From positions 36,155-79,855 of the forward strand of contig JBNGIO010005778.1 of assembly GCA_049999805.1 (NCBI GenBank): a stretch of 43,701 bases of DNA, written 5' to 3'. The DNA is from Folioceros fuciformis (taxonomy: Eukaryota). The stretch's first letter is position 1. Each line of letters begins with the position of its first letter. The notes under the pieces were generated by a model. That model did no database searches, was not told where the DNA came from, and saw only the letters and a list, made by a program, of their open reading frames with translations. Both the position numbers and the translations under genes were made by a program. This document shows, piece after piece, positions 11,472 to 25,384 of this stretch.

Positions 11472-11647
11472 GGTGTTCTAAGGGGGCCTGCCAAATCCTT
11501 GCTCACCTCACCTGGGAGGAGCCCAGAGATTTGGCCTACGTCCACCTCACCAGCTTCATTTCCATCTCCACATTCTACGGAGTAGGCAGAGATGTTGGAG
11601 CTCTGCTCTTCCTCCTTCAATCTGTCCAACATGCGCGACGAAGTGAT

Positions 11648-11666
11648 AAACCCTAAACCCTGAACC
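11648..11666 (+). promoter_or_regulatory. Telo-box-like motif upstream of PTAC10
   Basis: AAACCCTAAACCCTGAACC about 180 bp upstream of the PTAC10 ATG. Telo-boxes are known plant promoter/5'UTR elements. Confidence 0.45.
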
Positions 11667-12605
11667 AAGCTCACCCATCGAGCGGTGGGCTGGTAGGTGT
11701 GGTGTGTATTTGGCATGAACAATCAACCTGCACATTGGAGGCGGCATGTGTGCAGCAGCATCAGCGGCCAGAGCGTTGCGAGCACGATGCGGAAAAGCTG
11801 ATCAGGTGGTTGTCCAATCAACTGGTCCACGCTGTTAAACAGGCTGGGATGTCCACAAGGGACGGGTGGAGATGTAGACGATTAGTGCGCAATGCAGAAT
11901 GCTAAGGACTTTGGTGCTTTTGATAGTGGGGATGTCTCCCACTCGCACCTTGCAGTGCACGTTAGTTCCAGCTCGTGTCATACAGTTTCCACCCGAGTGT
12001 GAATGAATGTCTTCAGCCCGTGGATTCATCACGGCGGATGTGGAACACGAGCTGGTACCACCACGTCTCTTGCAGTTGCGTAGCGCTTCGCCTGAGCGTC
12101 CAAATCCATGGCTCTCCACGAGGAATACAAGCCCGCCAGAAAGAGGAGCCGCCGTAGATGACCTGATGCAAGAATCGAGATTCTTGTCATGGACTCAGTC
12201 TTCACCGAGACTTCATGAAACGTGGTTGGTGAAGTCCCTGTGTCTAAACTGGGGATGGGATAAAGTAAATCAAATAAGTCCTTCCAGGTGGTCTCATGTG
12301 GCACAATAAACAATTCGTAACGCTCATTATCACAGCCTAGCCCGCGGTAGTCCCGAACCACGTTGGACTGGACGCCCGTGCACACGACACTCGACGTTCC
12401 CACACCAAACCCTGATGTTAGACGAGTGTCCGGCAAGATCAATACATACATACACCCACAACGGGAGAAGGCACACTGTAGGCAGAATCCAGTGTTCATC
12501 CCTTCAAAAGGATTCAAGACCCTCTCCCGCTATGTTTTGTAAATGCTACAGGGGATGTTGAACGGCAACAGAGATTGAGGTGAGTGGATGACCATGAACA
12601 GATTG

Positions 12606-15600
12606 CTAAATCCCTGTATTTAGCTGGAGTGCGTCATACACTGTTTTAGCCATCTGCTTCACTAACACTTGGCCACCAGATCGTTCACCATCCCGTCGCT
12701 CCCCAATCAGCTTCTGCAGTTTCAGAGGCAAGTCATACTCCGCAATAAGCTGCTTCGGTCGAGGATGATGGTCGTAAACTGCCTGCAAGCGTACAGGGAA
12801 ACAAGTTACGTAGCCCACCAGGACGAAGCCAAACCTCGTGACTTCCTGGTAGCTGCCCACTCTCACATAAAGCCGAGCATGAGGAACACATCATGGACGG
12901 GTTTGGTGTGCACACCTTGATCAATTTAAGAAGGTTGAGTCGAACAATGGCATCTTGATGATCTAATCTACCTACCAGCAGCGGGGTGAGCCCAGAAAGA
13001 GCCAAAGCTGTATTCAGGTGAACCGATTTGCTGCAAGCAACAAAGGTAAACCCAAGTCAGCCTACAAATCAAACTATCATCCCACCTTCAACATTCTGTC
13101 TCCAAATCATCGTCTCCATAACACATCTGCTTCCTTCTCAGCAGGAACTTTTGGCATCCTTCCTTGAATTTGTGAAAAACATTTCCAGTTCCAGTCAAAG
13201 CTACATTATCTGTACTTGAACCAAACACAACGTCATGACTCGAGTAAAATCCACATAGCAGGTCTCGTATATACGTGATCATCTTGAGAAAAGGCTCCAA
13301 TATGTGCACAAATGCAGCACCGCCACACGACTGGAAAAAGGCCACCAGCTTCTGCAAGGCCTCTTTCTTAAGAAGCATCTGCTCCACTTTCCTCTGTTCA
13401 TTGTCATGGGCTAAGCAAACCGCCAGAGAGTCCAGGGCACTGACAGCCCAGTCATCGTCATCAAGCAAGCTCAAATAAACTTCCAGCCCTTTGTGAGCCC
13501 TCAACTGTTCCCTGGTATATCTCGAGGCATGTGCCATGTCGCATAGGAGCGGCAAAGCAAACTGCCTCAAAGGCGAGTTCGAGACAATGAAGTGCATAAG
13601 ATGTGGGATTAAGCCACACTCAGCAGCTTGCTCCTGTCGCCTCTTGTTGATCTTGCACAAGTTGTAGAGGGCATTCAAAACCTGCTTGCACATGTGCAGA
13701 GTCAGAACAGAGAAAGCAAACCCAGCAGCCTTCATCACATCCTGTGCAAGGCCAATAGTAACTGACCTGGTTGTGTATGCGCCCAGTGTGAACTCCAACC
13801 CTTCGTTCGAGTAAAGGGACCAGCTGCTTAATTGCATCTGCTCTCTGCAGATACTCTAATGTACACGGATCCATTGAAAGCTCTTTGATGCACTCCAGGA
13901 TCTGCAAAATAAACAACTCAGGTTCTTTGCTGCAATTATTCAATGCACCACCACAGCAGAAACACCCATGGTACCTTCAAAAGTATTGGAGGCTCAAGCT
14001 TGCCAAGGAGCTGAAAAAGCCGTATTAACACAGTTCCACTGCATACGTGGGACTTCACCGTGGAATCAGCTCTACAAAACTCCAATAGTAGGCAGGCTAT
14101 TTTCGACACATAATCCTTAGCGACCTCAGCACTGATGCCAGAGACTGCCCGCGACCGCACTTCTGCCATAATTGGAATTTCCGACAGTCCATTCGTATCG
14201 TCAGACGACAGGCTACTTCTCACAGAAGATGGCGCACGGGCAGCCTTCAGTCCACCATACAATCCCATGCCCATCCATCCGGCCTTGCCAGGTGTGGAGG
14301 CAGCATCTCGTTGAGGCTCTGAAAGCACAGAAGTACAAGGATCAATCACCAGTAACATCAATCCAGATACAAAGCAACCTGTCAAGCGAGGAACTTACCT
14401 GAATCTATAGAAATCGAATCAAAGTCACCCATAAACTTCTTGTTCAAGAGCTGATGATGCAAATATGAACCGGCACTATCACTTTTCCCATGACCTCCAA
14501 ACAGCTGCCGAGTGCGGTCAAGCTGGCCAGAAAGTGGCCTGGTCGGAGGTTCCTTCTCCAGAAGACTCAAAAGTGGCAAAAAGTCCCCAGTGCTGGTTTC
14601 AAGGACCTCCTTTGTGAGGACGGCCAAATCTGCATTCCCAGTATTCCCCCGCCCCCCTCCAGTTGTCAGTTCATCGGCAAGTTGTTGACAGGCAGATCTT
14701 GCTTCAAGGACAGCTCCCTCACCATCATGTTTTTGCCAGGCAACATCGGATATGGCCTGCTCCTTAGACATGGAAGAATGCCGCCGATGTTTACTCATGG
14801 ACACGGGCTGTGGAGCCTCTGCTTGACCTGATCTCACAGGATAATGCTGTGTTCGTGTGTGTCTCACATTCTCCTGGTGGCTCGCTGAAAACTTTTGCAA
14901 TTGCGCAGTTGGATACCTGGAAGTTTCTGACATCAACGTTGACTGATCATGTTGATTGTCTAGGCCAGACTGGATACGGCTGGGGTCTAATTGGCCAGAC
15001 AGAGCCTTCCCGTTCTCCTTGAAGCCCAGAAAGGAGGGATGTGATTTCTCCAAAGGTCCAGAATAGGACTGCCGCCGGCTTTTGTCAGCAGCCACTGCTC
15101 CAATTCCAGCAGAAGGGAGACGAGTTGACTCGTTTAGACTGTAGAGTGCATCCACAAGTCTCACACATACACCACTCTTAGCAAAAATGCGACAAAAATC
15201 ATTTCGAGGAGTCGATGTTTGTAGTCTGAAAACTTCCCACATCCCATCAATGGCTATGTGCACCATATCCCTGTTGCACAGAAGACTAACCAATTCAGTT
15301 GAATTGCGTTGACATCTGAAAATGAAGACCTGGTTCCACAAGATTGGATGGACATAATGGCAGGTATCAGAATTTACCTGTATTTTACATAGTCAGTCTC
15401 TAGAAGGCCAACCAGGACTGGAAGGCCACGGCAAGCGATGAACATCTGAAGTGTTAGTTTACTGCAACCAACAGGAACAGAACTGACTTCAGCATGACAA
15501 ACCACATGAAGATGCTCTTGCAGAGAAGCAGGAGCAGGTAACTTGACAGGATGGAGTCAGGTAGAACCTAGTATGGCACAACTGCTGCACAAAATATGCA

Positions 15601-18600
15601 GCCTGCATACGAATCTCCTTCGAAACTTCTGGTCCAGCAAAATTCATGACTGTAGGGATCTGCACCATAAAAAAATTGGCTATCATGCCACACGATGACA
15701 TATGAGGAAATTAACCATCACCCAGGCCAAAGTGCCTTACCACACCAACGAGGCAAGCATTCTCCTGAAAGTCAATATTGTTCTTCACTATCTCATTTAG
15801 CAATACCAAGACCGCGTGCACGACCTGAAGCATAATAAACAGGTGAACACACAGTCAGTCGCATTTTTGACAGAGCTACCTTACAAGTATCATTAGTCAA
15901 GATACTTTCCACATTATTCCTATCCTCATTTGCTGAAGCGACTCCTAATGGCACAAATGACACATCCTCACCCTACTATTGTTGACCTCGAGAATCTCCA
16001 GCAGTGGCATCACACCATGCTGATTTATAAGCTGGCTCTTTTGGTCTGGGGATTCGGACAAGATCGTTACAAGCTTTTGACAGGACTCTAAAAGAATGTC
16101 TTCCGGCCCATCCGGTTTGAGAAGCCCAATCAATCTTGTAATCTCCAGTGCCTGGACAAGCAACAATGAGTTACGGGAAAAAGAAAACCGAACAATGGAA
16201 CCAAAAAATGCCAATCGTGACAGCAGGAGGGTAGTTGACAGCGACCTGCTTAGCGACATAATCTCGCCCCTCGGCTTCTCTTTCATATCCCTGTCATTCA
16301 CAATGCATCTGCTGTCATATTCCCGGTTCAGGCACACAAAGGGTTCAACCACTTCACAGCCCTTCTTACCAGGCTGTCTATGTCTGCCCTCTCACTTTCC
16401 GTGCCATCCCCAATTCTGGATAGAACATCTTCATCACTTCTTCGAGAAGATCGAGTAGCATCCTTGTGAAACCTTTTCGCCATCTTTGCTTTCAACTTTG
16501 CCGCCAGACTATCTGACCCACTTCTGAATGAAGGTGAAGTTCCCCTCGCAGGAACTATGTGGGAGATTGAGCTGGTAACACCAACTGCCTCTGAAGCGGG
16601 GCCCTGCCGTGCTCCATCAAGAGGCTCCTCAATCAGGTCATCCAGTTGAGAATCTGCAGGCGTGTCGCTGAACTTATCCAGGCCCACTGCAAAACGTGGT
16701 TCCAAATCCCTGCTCTGAGGATAACAGAAATTAAGCATGTGAAGCAGCTTTGATTCAGTAGTGCGACTTCAACCAGCTGAGTTCCATGTTTGCCCATCTC
16801 ACCACTACAAGTCTCCAAACACAGATGATGAAACTTTACCCACCAGCAAGAAACACAATGCAGAATCCCCAGACAAATTAAACAGAATGGGTGAGACTTG
16901 ATGGGAGACCTGCAGGAGATGTGATGACCTAGCTGCATGCACATTTGAAATCATAGCATGGCTTTCATGACTGCTTGCAAGAACCCCGTTCATGTCACCA
17001 TTGTCTTCCTGCTTCGACACTGTTCCTTTATTAGTTAGCACCCTTCCTGCAGACGTAGCTCCACTTTCAAGCCCGTTCTGCTCACTTGAAGTAGGAAACC
17101 CATCCTCCAGGTCCTGTGAGGCTCTTGTCGACCTACATGGGACAACCAAGCACCATAGTCACTCCGTAGGTCACTTTCCTCTCCCAACATTTTTCTGCCC
17201 ACACTAGATATTCCCATTCCATTGATCTCTGCAATTGTACTGAAATGAAGCCGGGATCATCCATTCCCAGGAGAGGATCTCAATAACTACGTGAGGAGAG
17301 AGGACTCACCCCACGTCCCCACTCAGAACCCTATCAAGCTCTCTCGTGTGGACAGAACTTGGCAGAGTTCGCTTAGAACTTCGGATCCATGGATGTTCCA
17401 GTAGAGTCCTGGCATCTGGTCTTAGCTTTGCATCCTGTTCCTCAGGAAGAGTAATCAATCAGTTCACCTAACCGTTCTTACCAGCTCTCCGAATAGCACC
17501 ACCACAGCTTTGACTGAGCTTAGTCTTACCTTCCGAAAGCATTGGTGCAAAAAGTCCACAATGGATGGTGATAAATGCTCTGGTATGGGTGGGTGATCAT
17601 CCTGCAGAGAGAACAGAGTGAGAATCTTTGAGGGAAATATATACAAAAAAAAAGCTTCCTCTTGGCTCTTGGACAGACATCAGCATCTACTGGGGTTCCA
17701 GGGGGGCACTTCCAACTAAGTCGGGGAGCAGTCTGTGGTACACAAGACCAACAAATATTCGCTTCCCGCATGCCAATACATCTCAAGTTGAAACAGTTGT
17801 AAAATACCTGAACAATCCTGAAAAGAGCTGGCATAGGTTGGAGGTCATAGTACGGAGGCACACATGTGAGCAATTCAATCACGGTGCAACCTACACTCCA
17901 AATGTCAGATGCTGTACTCACACCTGACATATCAATGACCTGTGACAGAACTAGAATGTTAATGGAAGATGAAGTCAAACCCAAAATGATGAACGAAACA
18001 GCCAGATAGAGACCACAGCCAGTCGTCACAGGAAGGACAATTGACCATTGTGTGCGATCTGTATCGCACCTCGGGGGCCATCCAGTATGGTGTGCCAACC
18101 ACTGAATGTGTGTTCACATCGGCCTCAGTCAGCTTTGTGGCAACACCAAAATCTGCCAGTTTGACAAGACCCTGTGGACACCAGAACCCGAGTGAAGTTA
18201 GATCCAGGCCGCAGACATGTACTGTGAGGACAGATGCACATTGCGAGCCAGATCTTCTGCTACCAGGAACAGGTGGAAGCTGCACCTCTTTGGTAGTGAG
18301 AATATTGGCACCCTTAATGTCCCTGTGGATGACTCCCTGTTCATGAAGGTAAACAAGCCCCTCCAAAACCTGTCCCCAGAAACATTAATAAAAGCATGAA
18401 AAAAAACAGAGATGCTTCAAAGAGCATCGGCTACCTCATCCTATGTGCATCATTTGCATTGACAGCAAGAAAAAGTTCAGCTTGTTCTAGTTCCCCAGAT
18501 GGAACCCATCAGAACATGAGATCAAACCAGAAGGTGAGTTCCAACAACACAAGCTCTTGGTCGTCCAGGAGAAAAAAAGAAGGGGAAGCAAGGTTGTGGC

Positions 18601-19452
18601 AGGAAGGAGGACCTGTTTGATGTAGACTGCGACCAGTGACTCGGGAAAGGCCCCAAATTTATTGGGCTTGATAATATTAGCCAGAGAGCCATTCTCGACA
18701 TACCTGAAACAGGACTGATAAGACTGTTGAGAAAAGAAGTGGGGGATGTTCCAAGCATGGTGTAAGGAGGAGGAAAGGATCTCGTACTCAAGTATGATAT
18801 AGAGGTGAGTCTTGGTCTTGAAGGAGCCCAAGTACTTGACAATATTCTTATGGTTGAGGTTCTGCAGGAAAAAAGGTGGAATGTGATTAAGGTCGTTCAG
18901 GGTGGAAGCAGAGGAGGACAGGTGCGAAGTTGGCGGAAGTGCGGGTGGCTGGGGAGATGAAGATAGATACCTTGAGCAGGTCGATCTCTTGCTGCAGACA
19001 GAGACGTACAGTAGAGGCGACAGCAGCAGCAGACAAGTCAGCTATAGAGCAGCGAAGACGAGGAAGGAAAGATTTGGAGGCAAGGCGGGCGGGAGGGAGG
19101 GAGGGAATACGAGAAGACAAGGTACCATGATGCTGGCAAGGTCTTCCGCGGGGATATTCTCCCAGGTGACTTGTTTGATAGCCACAAAGTCGCCATTGTC
19201 CAAATCGAGCCCTTTGTACACCCTCCCGTATGCGCCCTTCCCAATTTCATCTCCCAAGAGCTGTGGCAGCAAGAAGGGGAAGCAAAACCTAAATGACGAG
19301 GGGAACAAGAGGAGAGCAAATTGAAGGTGTCGGGCAATACATACACGCAGGCGGCGGGGTGGGGGCATTGTCGATGTCGTGGCTTCACTTACGTATTTGT
19401 CATTGAGAGTCTTGGATTGATGAAAGTGTGAGGATGCGTTCTGGCGCGACAT
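12606..19452 (-). CDS. MAP3KE1: MAP3K-epsilon (Cdc7/Cdc15-like kinase with C-terminal ARM/HEAT repeats), roughly 20 exons
   Basis: N-terminus [20 protein letters not shown]; kinase motifs [75 protein letters not shown]-terminal [47 protein letters not shown]...NTGI stop. Confidence 0.95.
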
Positions 19453-20204
19453 GGTATACAACAGGATCTGACTCTGAAGCACAGTCAGCTGCCGTCATTT
19501 TCCAATCAAATAAAGATACGAGCTTCCATCCTGTGGCTGCGGCTGTGGTGCGCTGAATGATCCAGAGCTAGCTAGGTCAATTGGTGGTGGGCGATGCGAC
19601 GTCGGGAAGCCTCAGGATGGAGTGGATTCCGCAGGGTGGAGAGCGGTCTGCTGCGCTGAAGCTGGCTCCCGTGTCCCCATCATATCCTAATCCTGATGTC
19701 ACCACTGATGCTACTGCCTCCCGAAGCTGCTGCTGCTGAAGCCGGTGACTGCTAATGCTGAGGCCCACGGAAGGTGGCGGCGGCGGGAGGCAGGGGAGAG
19801 CTCGTCGGGCGATGCTGAATGCTGCAGCTGAAGCAGCAGTTGCTAGTGCCGGAAACAAGAGTCGAGGAGGACGCATCCATAATGGGAGCCGAGCATCCGA
19901 GCAACGGGGATGGGAGGCGAGGCAGAGCAGATGACTAGAGAGCAGAAGAAAGCAGGACAGAGGAGGAGGAGAGGGCCAGCCTGTTGGGCAGACTGACAAC
20001 AAGGCAAGGCAAGGGAAGGGAAGGGAAGGGAAGGACGAGGTGGGTGAGGGAGGAGGGAGCTGCTCCTGATTCCGGCTTTCTGCTCCTACGCCTGCTGTCG
20101 TTGTTGCTGGTAGCTGATGCCTGCAGCTGGTGCTGCTGAGTTGCAACTTGCGGGGGCTACGGGGGGGTGAGGTGCTCCTGGTGCCGGTGATGGTGGTGGC
20201 TGGG

Positions 20205-20350
20205 ACCCGACCCGACCCGACCCGACGACGCGACTCGCATCGACTGGACTCGACTCGACGCGACCGACGCCGAACCCGAACCCGACGGGACCCGAGCCAA
20301 AGCGAGCCGCCTCAAAGAGGGACCCCTTCCCCCGAGCCTCCTAAACCCTA
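20205..20350. repeat. (CCCGA)n/(GACTC)n pentamer repeats and telo-box in the putative MAP3K-epsilon promoter/5' leader
   Basis: Runs such as CCCGACCCGACCCGACCCGA and GACTCGACTCGA; CTAAACCCTA at 20341-20350. Confidence 0.6.
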
Positions 20351-20688
20351 GGCGAGGCCGTAAGGGGAGCCGAGCCTGCGTTTTGTTGCGTTGCTTGCTC
20401 TGCTCGCTCGATTCACGGTGACGACCTGCTGCTGCTAACAGCCTTTGCAAAGCTTGTGTTCCGAGCTTCTTAAGAGTTTTGTGACTGCCTTCTCCTGGCT
20501 GTGGTGTGGTGTGGTGTGGTGTGGTCTCGTGTCGTCTCTCCCTGGCCCGGATGGACTAATGTCTGTCGCTGTGTGCAGCTTGTGCGTGTGCGAGAGAGAG
20601 AAAGAGGGGAAAGGCCGAAAGGCGAGTGCGGGCCTAGTTGCCAGCCCAGTCCAGCCCACCGGCCAGTCCGGAGTCCAACGTTCCAGCC

Positions 20689-20720
<32 letters not shown>

Positions 20721-22411
20721 AGCAAGCCAGCCAGCCACACGGCTGTGCCGTGCTGTGCTGTGCTGTGCGTATTTACTTGTGTCAGCTGCTTTCTGACACA
20801 AATAGACCGGCCAGGACATGGTAACAATGCCAATGCCTAGGACACGCTCATGGTTTCCCTCTCCTTTCCTTTCCTTTCCTTTCCTTTCCTTTCCTTTGTC
20901 TTCCAGCGTATTTTCCCTTTTGTTTCCTTCCCTCGCCTCCTTGGTATCTTCAACGGAGTGGCATCTTCATCCACCTCTCCTGGTCTCGAATCAAATGTAC
21001 GAAGTCCTCCACAGGAATTCTAGTCGTAGGGTAGCGGTCTCACACCAAGATTTCATCCTTGAAGAGTCTCCGCCTCCGTCGCCTCCTCCTCCTAAAGGAC
21101 GAAGACATGGCTATGGCTTCTACCTGGCCGCCCCACATGGATCATCCTGTTACGGCGTTTTGCTTTGGCAGGTCCAAAGTCACACGTGTGTGTAGAGGAG
21201 CGGTGAGTGGCATCCATGTCACTAGGGATACCCGCAAATGAAGAATGAGTGAGGAGGGAGCGAAGCGCTCGGTGCGGTGTGAACCCTAGAGGCCGTTCCA
21301 AACGGCCGAACCAAGGTGGCCTGACTCTACGGTGTAAGGTCTGTATGTTTTAAATGTGTCAGGGCAGAGCAGGGTAGGGCAGGAAAGGAGAGGGTAGGGC
21401 AGGGCAGGTCAGGGGGAGGGCCGTGGGAGTGCAGGGGGAAGCCAGGGCAGGGCAGGGCAGGGCAGGGTAGTGCAGTGCAGGTCAGGTCAGGTCACTATTG
21501 TCATGAGGTGAGCCGGCGGACCAACTGGCTCCCAAGCCAACCCAAGCCAACCCAACCCAAGCAAAGCCAAGCAAAGCCAACCTTCCTTCCCTTTTTGCCT
21601 TTGCCGTGAGCGAGATGGATGGGTTGTACAGTACAGCGCTTTCAATTCTTTCATGCTCTTTACACACCTCCTTTACTGCACTACACTGTGCTCCTCCTCG
21701 CATTCCGCAGCTGCTGGGTGGTATCACACCTTTGGAATTGGCACCAAAGTCTAGTCCATGTGCCAAAGTGGTAATAGACTACATTCGGACATACAAGAGG
21801 ATGAAAAGTATCTTTCTCTACCTTATTATATTTTCTTTTCTTTTATGATATTTTATTAAAATTTTGTACGAATAGGCTGTGAATCCAAGAAGAGAGAGAT
21901 GTGGGGGATGAGAAGGGTTGGGCTCCAAACATGCTGAAAAACAACTCTTGAGAGCAACAAGGTTCCATGCCCACAACACCTATCGGATGCCTTGCCTTGC
22001 CTTCCCTTCCCTTGGATGCCTTGCCTTGCCGCGCCAACAACACTTCAGATGTCCCTTCCCTTGCCAATAACGCCTCATATGTCTTGTCTCGGGAAAGGGG
22101 GAAGAAAGGGCCAAGGACCTAGCTGTCTAGTAGTCCGTCCAATTTCAAAACGCATGCATACCCCATTATACCGGAGGGATTCATGGGTGACAAGATAGGA
22201 CAGGACAAAACAATGCAAGGCAAGACAGGACGACAAGGATTCGTGTAGTTAAGGTTGTCCAATCCAATACACACACATAGTGTACATATGTTGCTATCAC
22301 TAGGCATTTTGTATGTCCCCATGGAGAGCACCATTTTTGTACCATTAGGGTCGACAACCTCAAGAACGTTTCCCCATTCCATAAGAAACAGGGACAAAAA
22401 GGAGCCACTAA

Positions 22412-22600
22412 TTGGACTCACACAAAATATGAGATGGATAGAATGCAGCCACGTAGTGGACTCACATAAGATAAGATATGAGACGAGACGAGATGAGACG
22501 GACAGAATGGAGCCACCCTGTTGAACTCACACAAGATAAAATATGATACAAGACGAGACGGACAAAACAGAGACCCTCATTGGACTCAAACAAGATATGT
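22412..22600. repeat. Degenerate tandem repeat, about 4 units of 45-65 bp
   Basis: Units begin (T/G)TG(G/A)ACTCA at ~22412, ~22456, ~22521 and ~22580; the middle two share AAGATAA..TATGA..AGACGAGA..GGACA. Confidence 0.7.
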
Positions 22601-23085
22601 ATCACCTACTATCATGTCCTCAAGAATGGCTTATATGACATTGTACTACCCTAGGGGGGACAAACCGACCAACATACTACTAGGTGACTTGTTGTCCAAC
22701 TTCGTGCATTTCACGATCTTGTTTTCACCAAACCCAAACATGTACTTCTACCAATAGCAATGCTTTTGTAAGCATATCTATCGATTCAACACATCACTAG
22801 TAGTCTTCATCTTGGCACCTTTTTGTACTTAAGGCTTTCCATTCCATACACACACTGTGCTATAGGCTGCAATTTTACTTGGATTCAACTTAATAAGTCA
22901 TTCATTCACTCTATGCACACCGTGAACTATAGGTACTAAGTGCTAAAACAAAGATGTTCTTCTCAATAGACTATGAAATATATGTACTTCTCTCTTTCTC
23001 GTTCATTCCACTTACTCATGGCCCATTTGTTTCTCTTCGTTGTTGTTGGACCGCTTACTAAGCTCTAGCTAGCTTTATCACTATC

Positions 23086-23088
<3 letters not shown>

Positions 23089-23116
<28 letters not shown>
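23089..23116. repeat. (CT)n microsatellite
   Basis: Uninterrupted CT dinucleotide run, followed by an AT-rich tract. Confidence 0.9.
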
Positions 23117-23122
<6 letters not shown>

Positions 23123-25351
23123 ATGTGTATATATATCTTTGATTCATAGCATACATATATGTATGCAACAATACTAATGATACTTTTATTACAAACAAAA
23201 ATTATTTGATATATGTTTACAAAGTATTATTACAGTTTGAATAATATTTTATCACAAATATAATATTTTTCACTTTAAATATTTAAAGTGGACTATGACA
23301 AAACGTTTGACCGGGTCAACACCGCGCCCACACACCTCCAGTGAAGTCACCAGGGTCCTACAAAGTCTGGATTAGAATATAATTATCATTATTAATATAA
23401 TTATTTGACAAATACAGTAAATAAATAAACTGTAGTATTGGACACCTAACCATTCGTACAGGATGGTTAGCTGACCCCACCAGAGTTTACATACAGCATC
23501 AACAAATGGAGTCAAGGAAGGAGTCTAGGGCTTTTAGGAAAAGACCATGGGTGGACGGGATGTATGGGAAGCATGCTCATGCGTGCTGAGCCATGCCTGG
23601 AAGCCTGTCTCGGCAACCAGGGAAATGACATACTGTGGTAAAATTGCCCCCACAGAAGGGGGGTTCTCTTGCCGTCCACTCCCTTGCAGTGAACTATAGT
23701 CTGTTCGCTCGACTTGCTCCCCCTTCCTTGGCCTTCGTGCTACGCTCTCCCCGCCTACAACAAGCAACAAGGCCAGAGGGAAGCAGCACTCCATCTCCAC
23801 CGGTCTCATCTTATCATGACGAAAGCCTAACTGACACCTCCTGCTCCTGCGAGCATCGCTCCGCGCTGGATGGACACCTGGGCAGACGACAGAACACACG
23901 CAAACACACCAGCAACACGAGGAACAAGATACCCACACATCCTCAACAACAGCCCACTGCTATTGCCGATCACTAAGGACGCTCCAACAACAGAGCAAGG
24001 AGGAGTCCAAACCTGGGACATCTTGCCAATTGCCGCTGAATCCCATAAGGGTATCAGCTGTTCCAGACACAATGAGCAGAAGGACCTGGAAGTGCAAGAT
24101 TCCCCAGAGGCAAACCCGCAACCAACCGAGGCTTCACAACTCCGGCATGCTTCCCAGGTCTGCGCTTCAGGGAGCAACGATTGCTGGGCAGCACATACAA
24201 CATTGCTAGGCACGCCCTTCACAACCCAGAAGAGTATGCCGCTCCACTCACCATGCTGACTAACTGACTTAACACTGCCACGTTCGTTCCATACATTCAC
24301 AAACGTGATGCAGGCTGAACACCAATGATTCATGGGCCCCTACGCCTTTTCCGAACCATATGCATCGTCCTACAGTAGACAAGGACGGCGAGACACACAT
24401 TTGAACTAAAAAAATCAGAGTTTGCCAAATTTGGTGCTTGAGGATATCGCCAACGTCATTCCTGCGTGGCGACCCATGCAGGGAAAAAGTAGATCCGGAA
24501 GCTGCCAGCAAAAAATTTCGACCCCAGATACATACGACTGCACATCAGCTGGACCCAGAGATGGAGCTGCTACATGTATAAACGTGAATAACCAACTGTA
24601 CCTGAAAGTTATGAAACTGCTTCCGCGAAATCTTGGAGCTCGTCTCCGTGCTCCAAGTCACCCACCATTGGCATCGCTCGCCGCCCTGAAAATAAAAACG
24701 GGTCCGTGTACAAGCAAAGAGCGAACGACATACATAAGACGGCACATTAACATGCTGAGTCCTCAGAACCAAAACAAACTCCGAAAATGATCCAAACCTG
24801 TGCTTCATTTGAGTTCACAACTTGCACCAAAATCAGATTGCAGCCATCAAATGACTTGTATCAGCAGGCGGAGGGCACCCTAAAACACCTGAAACAACAA
24901 CAACAACAACATCACTTACGAGAACAAAACGAACCAACGCATTTAAATGGCAGAATGTAAGCGCCCTGAAATCCAACGTTAAAAACAGCAAAACTACAAG
25001 TTCTCAGAGGGGAGGTTCTCCGATTCATATACAGCCTCGGTGTCCGCGTCGTCGTGAGCTAAATTGCACACTGATTCTCGTCTGCCACATACAGTACTTG
25101 CCCTACAGAACATCCAGAACACAGGTCCCGTCAGGACTATCCTTGACGGACAAAACCCTGAAATCATCATCCACCCTTCCACACAAGCATCACCGAAAGT
25201 CCTGCTCCTCCAATAAACTGCAATTGTACCGCACAAGCACATGCAGGATAGAATAAGCAGCACAAGGAGAAAAAATGAGGACGACTGCGTACCTCACTAG
25301 TATTGAACCCGACTGGATACCTGGACCTCATCGTCTCCTCCTCGTTCGCTT

Positions 25352-25384
<33 letters not shown>

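Noticed and set aside
10656-11585. 309-aa + strand ORF and similar long antisense ORFs over the PPR and QOR genes
   Set aside because: Antisense shadows of GC-rich coding exons with no independent domain signal.
19577-21766. Many overlapping ORFs of 60-190 aa
   Set aside because: They arise from GC-rich microsatellites (GGGCA, CACAGG, GTGTG, TTTCC) and show no protein motifs.
22412-22600. Repeat array as CRISPR-like
   Set aside because: Eukaryotic context, degenerate repeats, spacers similar to each other, and no cas genes.
22620-22960. Possible transposase relic
   Set aside because: No recognisable motif in the frames I could read.
23305-23342. Hairpin GTTTGACC-G-GGTCAAAC as a Helitron 3' end
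   Set aside because: No CTRR terminus at the expected distance and no other Helitron evidence.
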